Source: an uncultured virus (IMG/VR IMGVR_UViG_3300032093_000120) (Duplodnaviria; Heunggongvirae; Uroviricota; Caudoviricetes). Taken from it: 20,000 nt of DNA. The notes under the pieces were generated by a model that was given only the letters and a program-made list of their open reading frames with translations, searched no databases and was not told the DNA's origin. Below are positions 7,515 through 14,916 of the stretch, in pieces. The position numbers and the translations under genes are program-made. How positions within the stretch are numbered: the first letter of the stretch is position 1; each line of letters starts with the position of its first letter. The stretch lies in the IMG/VR virus record IMGVR_UViG_3300032093_000120, one strand, 5' to 3'.

Positions 7515-8426
7515 ATGGCTATTTCACGCGCACAACTACTTAAAGAACTCCTTCCCGGCTTGAACGCACTGTTCGGCCTAGAGTACGCCCGTTATGGTGA
7601 GGAACATAAAGAGATTTATGAAACCGAAACCTCAGAGCGTTCTTTTGAAGAAGAGACCAAACTGTCTGGCTTCTCTGCCGCACCTGTCAAGAACGAAGGC
7701 TCTGCCATCGCTTATGACAATGCTCAAGAGGCATGGACTACTCGCTATAACCATGAGACCATTGCTTTGGGTTTCTCAATCACTGAAGAAGCGATTGAAG
7801 ACAACTTGTACGACAGCTTGTCTGCTCGTTACACCAAAGGTTTGGCCCGTGCTATGGCTTACACCAAGCAAGTCAAGGCTGCTTCAGTTTTGAACAATGG
7901 CTTCTCTGCCCAATACGTTGGCGGCGACGGTCAACCTTTGTTCTCTGCTAATCACCCCTTGGTTAACGGTGGTGTCAACGGAAACACTCCATCTGTGCAA
8001 ACCGACCTTAACGAGACTTCTTTAGAAGCCGCCGTTATTGCTATCGCTGCTTGGACAGACGAGCGTGGCCTCTTGATCGCTGCAAAGCCCAAGAAGTTGA
8101 TCATCCCACCAGCACTCCAGTTCGTTGCTACTCGTTTGTTAGAGACCAAACTCCGCGTTGGTACTAACAACAACGACATCAACGCAATTGAGAACAATGG
8201 CTCTATCCCTGAAGGCTGGTCTATCAACCACTTCTTGACAGATACCAGTGCTTGGTTCTTGACAACTGACGTGCCTAACGGTTTGAAGCACTTCGTTCGT
8301 ACACCGCTGCAAAACAGCATGGACGGCGACTTTGATACCGGCAACGTGCGTTACAAGTCACGTGAGCGTTATTCGTTCGGCTGGTCTGATCCTTTAGGTG
8401 TTTACGCATCTTCTGGTTCTTACTAA
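7515..8426 (+). CDS. Major capsid protein (HK97 fold, Mu gpT-like)
   Basis: MAISRAQLLKELLPGLNALFG, K.EGSAI.YD, DGQPLFSANHP, KKLIIPPAL, DFDTGNVRYKSRERYSFGWSDP; strong SD; biased codon use; followed by a terminator. Confidence 0.9.
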   Translation: MAISRAQLLKELLPGLNALFGLEYARYGEEHKEIYETETSERSFEEETKLSGFSAAPVKNEGSAIAYDNAQEAWTTRYNHETIALGFSITEEAIEDNLYDSLSARYTKGLARAMAYTKQVKAASVLNNGFSAQYVGGDGQPLFSANHPLVNGGVNGNTPSVQTDLNETSLEAAVIAIAAWTDERGLLIAAKPKKLIIPPALQFVATRLLETKLRVGTNNNDINAIENNGSIPEGWSINHFLTDTSAWFLTTDVPNGLKHFVRTPLQNSMDGDFDTGNVRYKSRERYSFGWSDPLGVYASSGSY

Positions 8427-8455
8427 AAAAAAGGGGGTCAAAAGCCCCCTTTTTT
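8427..8455 (+). terminator. Intrinsic terminator, probably bidirectional
   Basis: AAAAAAGGGGGT-CAAAA-GCCCCCTTTTTT right after the MCP stop, with A tract upstream and T tract downstream. Confidence 0.9.
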
Positions 8456-8485
8456 GTTGTGTTTAAACGCAACATAGGTTATATT
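8455..8485 (+). promoter_or_regulatory. Sigma70-type promoter with an overlapping 20-bp near-palindrome
   Basis: -35 TTGTGT (8457-8462), 17 bp, -10 TATATT (8480-8485); TGTTGTGTTTAAACGCAACA (8455-8474) has 9 of 10 pairs symmetric around GTTTAAAC. Confidence 0.55.
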
Positions 8486-8490
8486 TAAAA

Positions 8491-8562
8491 CATCTGGGTG
8501 ATCCGCTTTTACCACCACTGCCCCAGCAGACGATGCAACGATCGGTAAAAGCACTTTTGCAT
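8491..8562 (+). ncRNA. Structured leader RNA with a kissing-loop/pseudoknot topology
   Basis: CTGGG(8494-8498)/CCCAG(8522-8526); ATGCAA(8533-8538)/TTGCAT(8557-8562); loop-loop GCTTTTACC(8505-8513)/GGTAAAAGC(8544-8552). Confidence 0.6.
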
Positions 8563-8576
8563 AAGGACTTTTTGTC

Positions 8577-9296
8577 ATGGCACGTTCCACATTTGAAGGC
8601 CCAGTATTAGCTGGCGATAACCGTTTTGGTCCACTGCGTAACGTAGGTTACATGCAGCTTGTTCAAGACACTAACGTTGTTTTAACAAACACAACAAACG
8701 CAACTGCTGGTTACGGCGGTGTTTCTGGTCAGTTTGTTAACGGCAACGGTATTCCTAACGTAAACGCAACCGTTTACACGCCATCTACGGCATATCCACC
8801 AACAGCAGCAACCATCACTGCTGACACAGTTTCTACTACCACAGGTACTTTGTATCGCGGTATCGTTATGTATGTGCCTTATGGCTCTACCATCAATGAC
8901 ATCCTCATTGACACCAACGTAGCAATCACTTTGAGCGCTGGTACTGCTGGCACTGTAACTGGCAAGATTGGTAATAACTTTGATACAACCACATACGGCA
9001 GTATCACTACCATGAACGCTGCAACAGGCCGCAACACCGTGGCTCAGACTGGTGCTCAATTGTTGTCTTGCCAATCAACCAGTGCAGACGTAACCTACAC
9101 TCCAGCACAAGGCTCTGGCCCTAACAGCAACGTCTTGTCTCAAGTTGTTTTGACGATCACCATCCCCTACACAGGCGGTTCAAGCGGTGTGTTGTCTACT
9201 ATTACAGCAGGCACGTTCAGCATGGCAGTTCGTTATACACAGCTTGATGGCAACATCGGTACAAGCACAACTTACCCATACGGTAACTTTGACTAA
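8577..9296 (+). CDS. Thr/Gly-rich virion structural protein (head decoration or fibre-like)
   Basis: SD AAGGA; N-terminal MARSTFEGPV; beta-rich; has its own promoter and terminator. Confidence 0.7.
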   Translation: MARSTFEGPVLAGDNRFGPLRNVGYMQLVQDTNVVLTNTTNATAGYGGVSGQFVNGNGIPNVNATVYTPSTAYPPTAATITADTVSTTTGTLYRGIVMYVPYGSTINDILIDTNVAITLSAGTAGTVTGKIGNNFDTTTYGSITTMNAATGRNTVAQTGAQLLSCQSTSADVTYTPAQGSGPNSNVLSQVVLTITIPYTGGSSGVLSTITAGTFSMAVRYTQLDGNIGTSTTYPYGNFD

Positions 9297-9304
9297 TCAG
9301 TCCT

Positions 9305-9327
9305 AGGGGCTTCGGCCCCTTGTTTTT
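9305..9327 (+). terminator. Intrinsic terminator with a C(UUCG)G tetraloop
   Basis: AGGGGC-TTCG-GCCCCT followed by TGTTTTT. Confidence 0.85.
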
Positions 9328-9344
9328 AAACAAGGAGATTGATT

Positions 9345-9626
9345 ATGATGCAAACCGACGTTTTAGCGACGCACGTTGAAGCTAGTGGCACTATGGTTAC
9401 TGGGCGTGTCCGGGTTAAAGGCTATCAATGCCTGTCCGGTGGCACTGCTGGGGATATTATTTTTACCGATGGCGGCTCTAGCGGCACTATTCGCCTTCAA
9501 TTTAATGTTCCTGCTAACACAAACAACCCATTTGCAAACATTATTCCCGGCGAGGGTATTTTGTTTTACACGGATGTCTACGTAACTTTGCCAACTGGCG
9601 CAAAAATTACGGTGTTTTATGGCTAG
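9345..9626 (+). CDS. Small beta-rich virion protein (start reassigned to ATG 9345)
   Basis: SD AAGGAG at 9332-9337, 7 nt before ATG; IPGEGILF...VTVFYG-type C-terminus. Confidence 0.75.
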   Translation: MMQTDVLATHVEASGTMVTGRVRVKGYQCLSGGTAGDIIFTDGGSSGTIRLQFNVPANTNNPFANIIPGEGILFYTDVYVTLPTGAKITVFYG

Positions 9627-9930
9627 TCCCGCATGGACACGCAAAGAAGGCAAGAACCCCAACGGCGGCCTGAACGCCAAGGGCCGAGCCTCTGCGAAGA
9701 GAGAAGGTCACAACTTGAAACCGCCTCAACCAGAGGGCGGATCAAGGCGCGACTCTTTCTGCGCCCGCATGAGTGGGATGAAAAAGAAACTGACATCCGC
9801 AAAAACAGCGAACGACCCGAACTCTAGGATTAACAAGAGTCTTAGAGCGTGGAACTGCGCAGATGGTGGATATGTAACAGCAGCCGACGGTGTAGCCCAG
9901 AAGGGCAAGACCAAGGGAAGGATGTGCTAA
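9619..9930 (+). CDS. Small basic protein (DUF6321-like) with a C-terminal GG / KGKTKG motif tail
   Basis: SPAWTRKEGKNPNGGLNAKGRAS...RRDSFCARM...DPNSRINKSLRAWNC then ADGGYVTAADGVAQKGKTKGRMC; family name recalled from the motif, not searched. Confidence 0.75.
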   Translation: MASPAWTRKEGKNPNGGLNAKGRASAKREGHNLKPPQPEGGSRRDSFCARMSGMKKKLTSAKTANDPNSRINKSLRAWNCADGGYVTAADGVAQKGKTKGRMC

Positions 9931-10190
9931 TGGAAGCAAGCCTTATTTGGTCGGCAGTTCTATCCGTCGTAATGGGCGGTTTTGGGTTGTTTATTAGAGA
10001 AAAACTCAACCAAGTTAAAGACGTAGGCGAAGACATTAAACGTGTTGAACGCCTTCTAAATATTACACGCGAGGAGGTAGCACGTGATTACGTTACTCAA
10101 GCAGAAATTCAACGCATTACAGACCACATTGACCAACGTTTCAATCGCCTTGAGGCAAAGATTGACCAGCTTATTCAAGCGGGACGGTGA
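9930..10190 (+). CDS. Single-TM plus coiled-coil membrane protein (holin- or XhlA-like), start reassigned to ATG 9930
   Basis: TAATG overlap with the upstream stop; hydrophobic N-terminus LIWSAVLSVVMGGFGLFI followed by heptad-rich sequence. Confidence 0.7.
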   Translation: MEASLIWSAVLSVVMGGFGLFIREKLNQVKDVGEDIKRVERLLNITREEVARDYVTQAEIQRITDHIDQRFNRLEAKIDQLIQAGR

Positions 10191-10747
10191 TGCCAAGTAA
10201 GAGCAAAGCACAACACAATCTTATGGCGATGGTCGCCAATGATCCTGCCGCCTCAAAACGGCTTGGTATCCCTGAATCCGTGGGCAAGGAATTCACTGCC
10301 GCAGATAAGGGCAAAAAGTTCAGTACGGGAACCCGCGCTGATTCACAAGTAGCAAACCAGCCAAAAACCAATCATGGTAATAAGGCACTGTTTAAACAAG
10401 GCGGAACTATGGCAAGCAAGATGAACCCCGGATTTATGGCAATGATGGCTAAAAAGAAGGACGCAAAGCCTTCTGCGATGGGTAAGCCAACAATGAAACC
10501 CGGCATGAGCACGGCTAAGGACGGCATGAAAAAGCCCACCCCTATGGCTAAAACCGGCATGATGGGCATGAATAAAGGCGGAATGAAAAAGATGGCTACT
10601 GGTGGTATGACCGGTATGGGCAGCGTTAAAACTGCAGCCCCAAGCAAAGACGGTGTAGCCTCAAAAGGCAAAACCAAGGGCACTCAGATTGTTATGTCTG
10701 GCAGCAAGGGCATGAAGTCTGGCGGTATGTCTAAGAAATATTGTTAA
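10190..10747 (+). CDS. Lys/Met/Gly-rich low-complexity basic protein
   Basis: TGATG overlap; MPSKSKAQHNLMAMVA N-terminus; four xxxGG motifs and DGVASKGKTKG. Confidence 0.8.
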   Translation: MPSKSKAQHNLMAMVANDPAASKRLGIPESVGKEFTAADKGKKFSTGTRADSQVANQPKTNHGNKALFKQGGTMASKMNPGFMAMMAKKKDAKPSAMGKPTMKPGMSTAKDGMKKPTPMAKTGMMGMNKGGMKKMATGGMTGMGSVKTAAPSKDGVASKGKTKGTQIVMSGSKGMKSGGMSKKYC

Positions 10748-10757
10748 GGAGAACACC

Positions 10758-11405
10758 ATGCGTGGAAAAGATTTAGCAGGAATTGCAGCACTTGGAACTC
10801 TTGGCTACATGTTAGCCAACAGAAAGAAGGACGCTGATGTAGATACCAGCAAGGTTTCAGACATGGATTTGACTGGCGGAGCAAGATCGCCCGCTGTGCC
10901 AATGGGTGACATGAAAGACACTGAGTTTGGTGACTTGGCTGGTGCTCAAGATGCGGCTCAAAGCCGTGCAGTGATGGATCAGTTTAACCAGAACGAAAAA
11001 GCAAGGACTCCTAGCAAGGGCAGCCTAAAGACTGTAAAGAACGCAGTCAGAAGCGGCGCTATGGACACAGCAGGCTTTGAAGGTGTTGGATCATCTATGT
11101 CCAAAAAGGGCGGATTTGATAACGGCATTGCTAGAGAAGCCGAAAGAATGCAAAACCTTCGCAGTGAGTTTGGCAAGAAGAACCGTTCATCTACTGATGA
11201 CAGCCCATCTTTCCAAGACCGCATGGCAAGAGAGTATCTTGACAAGAAGAAGGCTGGTGACAGACAGGCCGCAATGGAGCGTGGCAACCTAAAGGGTGGC
11301 GGCAAAGTTATCAAAATGGCTAAGGGTGGTATGACTCGTTCATCTGCATCTAGCCGTGGTGACGGTATTGCTACTAAGGGTAAAACCCGTGGAAAGATGT
11401 GCTAA
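10758..11405 (+). CDS. Hypothetical protein: N-terminal hydrophobic helix, disordered middle, C-terminal MAKGG...RGDGIATKGKTRGKMC tail
   Basis: SD AAGGAG; segment LAGIAALGTLGYMLA; shares motifs with its neighbours. Confidence 0.8.
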   Translation: MRGKDLAGIAALGTLGYMLANRKKDADVDTSKVSDMDLTGGARSPAVPMGDMKDTEFGDLAGAQDAAQSRAVMDQFNQNEKARTPSKGSLKTVKNAVRSGAMDTAGFEGVGSSMSKKGGFDNGIAREAERMQNLRSEFGKKNRSSTDDSPSFQDRMAREYLDKKKAGDRQAAMERGNLKGGGKVIKMAKGGMTRSSASSRGDGIATKGKTRGKMC

Positions 11406-11681
11406 ATGATGTCAAGTCGCGGTATGGGCGCTATTAGCCCTTCCAAGATGCCCAAGGGAACTAAAAAAGCCCGCAGGGATGACACCGACTTTACTCAGTA
11501 CGCTGAGGGTGGGAAAGTTAACGCTGCTGGTAATTACACTAAACCAAGTCTGCGCAAGCGGATTGTGTCTCAAGTAAAAGCCGCAGCAACTCAGGGTACA
11601 GGTGCAGGACAATGGTCAGCACGTAAAGCCCAACTTGTAGCAAAGAAGTACAAGGCAGCAGGCGGGGGTTATAGAGATTGA
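11406..11681 (+). CDS. Small basic protein, N-terminal half of a DUF5872-like domain
   Basis: YAEGG followed by AGNYTKPSLRKRI...GQWSARKAQLVAKKYKAAGGGY; family name recalled, not searched. Confidence 0.75.
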   Translation: MMSSRGMGAISPSKMPKGTKKARRDDTDFTQYAEGGKVNAAGNYTKPSLRKRIVSQVKAAATQGTGAGQWSARKAQLVAKKYKAAGGGYRD

Positions 11682-11911
11682 AAGCGCCACAGCAATCCCT
11701 TAAAAACTGGGGCGACCAGAAATGGCGTACCAAGTCGGGGAAACCTTCTTCCAAAACGGGAGAGCGTTATTTGCCAGAGGCGGCAATTAAGTCTTTAAGC
11801 GCGGCGGAGTATGCGGCAACCACCCGTGCAAAGCGTGCGGGTAAAGCCAAAGGCAAACAGTTTGTGGCTCAACCCAAAGGTATAGCAAAGAAAACAGCAG
11901 GCTTTAGATAA
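11678..11911 (+). CDS. Small basic protein, C-terminal half of a DUF5872-like domain
   Basis: QQSLKNWGDQKWRTKSGKPS..GERYLP...GKQFVAQP; TTG start overlapping the upstream TGA. Confidence 0.7.
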   Translation: MKAPQQSLKNWGDQKWRTKSGKPSSKTGERYLPEAAIKSLSAAEYAATTRAKRAGKAKGKQFVAQPKGIAKKTAGFR

Positions 11912-12855
11912 TGGCAAACACTTCCGGTTTAACAGCGTTTAACCTTGACCTCACCGAACTGGTTGAGGAAGCGTTTGAACGCGCCGGTAGTGAACTACGC
12001 ACTGGCTATGACATGCGCACCGCCAGACGCAGTTTAAACATCATGTTTGCCGACTGGGCAAACCGTGGCATTAACCTGTGGACAATTGAACAGGGAAGCA
12101 TCAACCTAGTCCAAGGCCAGAACACCTACCCACTGCCTAACGACACCATAGACCTGCTGGAGCATGTCATACGCACTGGTGGTAATGAGGCCTCAACACA
12201 GGCAGACCTGACGATCACGCGGATCAGCGTAAGCACTTACGCAACCATCCCTAACAAGATTCAACAGGCCAGACCCATCCAGATTTGGATTCAACGCTAT
12301 AACGGGCAGACCACACCGGTTGCTTGTACGCTAACAACCACAATCACAAGTACATCCACAACCATTGTGGTAGACGACGTTACGGGTTTACCCGCAGCAG
12401 GCTTTATCAAGATTGATAACGAGATTATCAATTACGGGTACATCACTCAAAATACAAACGCTGTATCAGGAACGCTATACAACTGCTTCCGTGGTCAGCA
12501 AAACACCATAGCCGCTGCGCACAATGCGGCAGCAACCGTGTATTGGCAGCAAGTGCCTGCTGTTACCGTCTGGCCTACACCCGACAACGCACAGCAATAT
12601 ACGCTGTACTACTGGCGTCTGCGCAGAACACAGGACGCAGGCGGTGGCGTAAACATTATGGACGTTCCTTTCCGTTTCATACCCTGTATGGCGGCTGGCT
12701 TGTCTTATTACATTGCTGGAAAGGTGCCAACCGGAATGGAGCGCCTTCCTGTTCTAAAACAACAATATGACGAGGCATGGGAGTTAGCCGCTTATGAAGA
12801 CCATGAGAAGGCAGCCCTGCGCTTAGTTCCTAGACAGACCTACATTGGGAGGTAG
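11911..12855 (+). CDS. Putative head-tail adaptor / tail tubular protein with an inserted beta module
   Basis: Helical N-terminus (LVEEAFERAG...ARRSLNIMFADWANRGINLWT), beta core with VWPTPD, helical C-terminus (PFRFIPCMAAGLSYYIA...LKQQYDE). Confidence 0.65.
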   Translation: MANTSGLTAFNLDLTELVEEAFERAGSELRTGYDMRTARRSLNIMFADWANRGINLWTIEQGSINLVQGQNTYPLPNDTIDLLEHVIRTGGNEASTQADLTITRISVSTYATIPNKIQQARPIQIWIQRYNGQTTPVACTLTTTITSTSTTIVVDDVTGLPAAGFIKIDNEIINYGYITQNTNAVSGTLYNCFRGQQNTIAAAHNAAATVYWQQVPAVTVWPTPDNAQQYTLYYWRLRRTQDAGGGVNIMDVPFRFIPCMAAGLSYYIAGKVPTGMERLPVLKQQYDEAWELAAYEDHEKAALRLVPRQTYIGR

Positions 12856-12857
12856 TC

Positions 12858-13286
12858 TTGGGTAATCGGTTTGCATCCGGCAAGAACGCAATTGCGGAAT
12901 GTGACCGCTGTGGGTTTCGGTTTAAGTTGAAGGTGTTGAAGACGGAGATCATCAAGTTAAAGAGATACGACTTGTTGGTATGTCCTCAGTGCTGGGACCC
13001 AGACCATCCCCAGTTGCAGTTGGGCATGTTTCCTGTGGATGATCCTCAGGCTCTGCGTAACCCCCGACCAGATCGGAGTTACGTAGTATCAGGAACAAGT
13101 GGGTTGCAAACGGATGTCAACGGTGGCACAACACAAAGTGGCACTGGGACAAACGAAGGGGGCAGCAGAATCTTTCAATGGGGCTGGAATCCTGTTGGTG
13201 GGGCAAGCAGTTTTGATGCATCTTTAACGCCAAATAACTTGGCCTTATCGGTGCAATTGGGTACAGTAACGGTTAGCGTAACTTAG
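12858..13286 (+). CDS. Zinc-ribbon protein (CxxC...CxxC)
   Basis: ECDRCGFRF and LVCPQCWDPDHPQL; TTG start with GGAGG upstream. Confidence 0.75.
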   Translation: MGNRFASGKNAIAECDRCGFRFKLKVLKTEIIKLKRYDLLVCPQCWDPDHPQLQLGMFPVDDPQALRNPRPDRSYVVSGTSGLQTDVNGGTTQSGTGTNEGGSRIFQWGWNPVGGASSFDASLTPNNLALSVQLGTVTVSVT

Positions 13287-13295
13287 GAGCTAAAA

Positions 13296-13484
13296 ATGGA
13301 TAAAGCAGATTTAAAACAAGACAAAAAAATGATTGCTAGTGCAGTGCATAAGCATGAAAAAAGGTTACATCAAGGCATGGCTCCAACCAAGTTTAAAAAC
13401 GGTGGAGTAGCCGGCGTGTCTGGAGAAGCAATGAAAGCGGTAGGCCGCAACATGGCACGTGCAAACAACCAAAGAGGTCGTTAA
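13296..13484 (+). CDS. Small basic protein with an FKNGG motif
   Basis: SD AGGAG; AVHKHEKRLH; FKNGG...GRNMARA. Confidence 0.75.
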   Translation: MDKADLKQDKKMIASAVHKHEKRLHQGMAPTKFKNGGVAGVSGEAMKAVGRNMARANNQRGR

Positions 13485-13485
13485 T

Positions 13486-13764
13486 ATGGCTAAATTTAGT
13501 ATGAAACAAGGTGGCAAAGAAGTTGGCCCAGCCAGCGTCTATGCTAAACCACACACCATGTCTGGCAAAGCCTCAGGCTCAGACATTGCGTACAAAAAAG
13601 ACCCTAACAACATGTCTGCCGAGCAGTCTACCCCCGGTGGTATGCCGTCTAAGCGAGTGAGTGCTGGCAACCCAGCAAACACCAACACTAAGACTACCGG
13701 CATCAAGATGCGTGGTACAGGTGCGGCGACTAAAGGCGTGATGTCACGCGGACCGATGGCATGA
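13486..13764 (+). CDS. Small basic protein ending MRGTGAATKGVMSRGPMA (start reassigned to ATG 13486)
   Basis: SD GAGG before ATG 13486; MKQGG motif; C-terminal variant of the shared motif. Confidence 0.75.
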   Translation: MAKFSMKQGGKEVGPASVYAKPHTMSGKASGSDIAYKKDPNNMSAEQSTPGGMPSKRVSAGNPANTNTKTTGIKMRGTGAATKGVMSRGPMA

Positions 13765-14465
13765 CCTATACGGAATTAATAACAGCGATTCAAACGTATA
13801 CAGAAAATACGTTTCCCGCCACCACCTTGGCGGATAGCACAGTTGTGTCTTCAACGACGCAATTGAATCGCTTTATTACTCAGGCTGAACAGCGTATATA
13901 CAACTCTGTTCAGTTTCCGTCTTTGCGCAAGAACGTGACAGGTAGCGTGACTTCCGGCAATAAGTACTTATCTGCCCCCGAAGATTACTTGGCTACCTAC
14001 TCTCTGGCTGTGATTGATGCCACAGGAAACTATGAGTACCTGCTAAACAAGGATGTGAACTTCATCCGTCAGGCGTATCCCAATCCAACCACGGACACAG
14101 GCCTTCCTAGATACTACGCACTGTTTGGTCCAACTGTTAACACCAGCACAATTACCAATGAACTCTCTTTCATTGTGGGACCGACGCCTGATGCGTCTTA
14201 TTCTGTGGAACTGCATTACTACTATTACCCCGTGTCAATCACTGTTGCAGCCTCTGGTCAGACTTGGCTGGGCGATAACTTTGACACAGTCCTCTTGTAT
14301 GGCTCACTTGTTGAAGCGTATACCTACATGAAGGGCGAGGCAGACATGATTGGCTTGTACGACACCAAGTACAAGGAAGCACTCGCATTGGCTAAACGCC
14401 TTGGAGATGGAATGGAGCGTCAGGATGCTTATCGTTCTGGTCAATTTAGGCAGGCGGTGACTTGA
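13761..14465 (+). CDS. Putative head-tail adaptor/connector protein
   Basis: MTYTELITAIQTY..., FITQAEQRI, GLPRYYA, VGPTPDASYSVELHYYYYP, LLYGSLVEAYTYMKG; ATGA overlap. Confidence 0.7.
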   Translation: MTYTELITAIQTYTENTFPATTLADSTVVSSTTQLNRFITQAEQRIYNSVQFPSLRKNVTGSVTSGNKYLSAPEDYLATYSLAVIDATGNYEYLLNKDVNFIRQAYPNPTTDTGLPRYYALFGPTVNTSTITNELSFIVGPTPDASYSVELHYYYYPVSITVAASGQTWLGDNFDTVLLYGSLVEAYTYMKGEADMIGLYDTKYKEALALAKRLGDGMERQDAYRSGQFRQAVT

Positions 14466-14908
14466 TGGCTTTTACGGGTAACTTCACCACCAATACATTT
14501 TTAATTGGACTGCTAGACGGTGCATTTGATTTTGGTACTGGTACTTCTCAGGTATATAAGATTGCCTTGTACACCAACGCTGCCACGCTAGATGCGACCA
14601 CCACAGCCTACACAAGCACAGGCGAAACCTCTGGCGGTAACTATGCGGCTGGTGGGCAGGTGTTAGCCGTATCTCAAGTTCCAACAATTGGAAACCAAAC
14701 AGGCGCGGCAACCGCGTATCTGTCTTTTACAAACGCTGCATGGACAGGTGCAATCACCGCAAGAGGTGCGTTGATTTACTTGGCTAATGGCACAACAAAC
14801 CCCGCCGTATGCGTGCTGGATTTTGGCTCAGACAAGTCCAGTGCTAATACATTCACCGTACAATTCCCGGCAGTCACTAACACGTCTGCAATCATCCGCA
14901 TCTCATAG
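14465..14908 (+). CDS. Virion/tail structural protein
   Basis: TGATG overlap; YKIALYT...YAAGGQVL...ITARGALIY...AVCVLDFGSDK pattern. Confidence 0.75.
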   Translation: MAFTGNFTTNTFLIGLLDGAFDFGTGTSQVYKIALYTNAATLDATTTAYTSTGETSGGNYAAGGQVLAVSQVPTIGNQTGAATAYLSFTNAAWTGAITARGALIYLANGTTNPAVCVLDFGSDKSSANTFTVQFPAVTNTSAIIRIS

Positions 14909-14916
14909 GAGAAACC

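Noticed and set aside
11661..11681. Programmed -1 frameshift fusing the two DUF5872-like ORFs at the G run
   Set aside because: The -1 frame has TAG at 11672-11674 after the G run, and no slippery site follows it.
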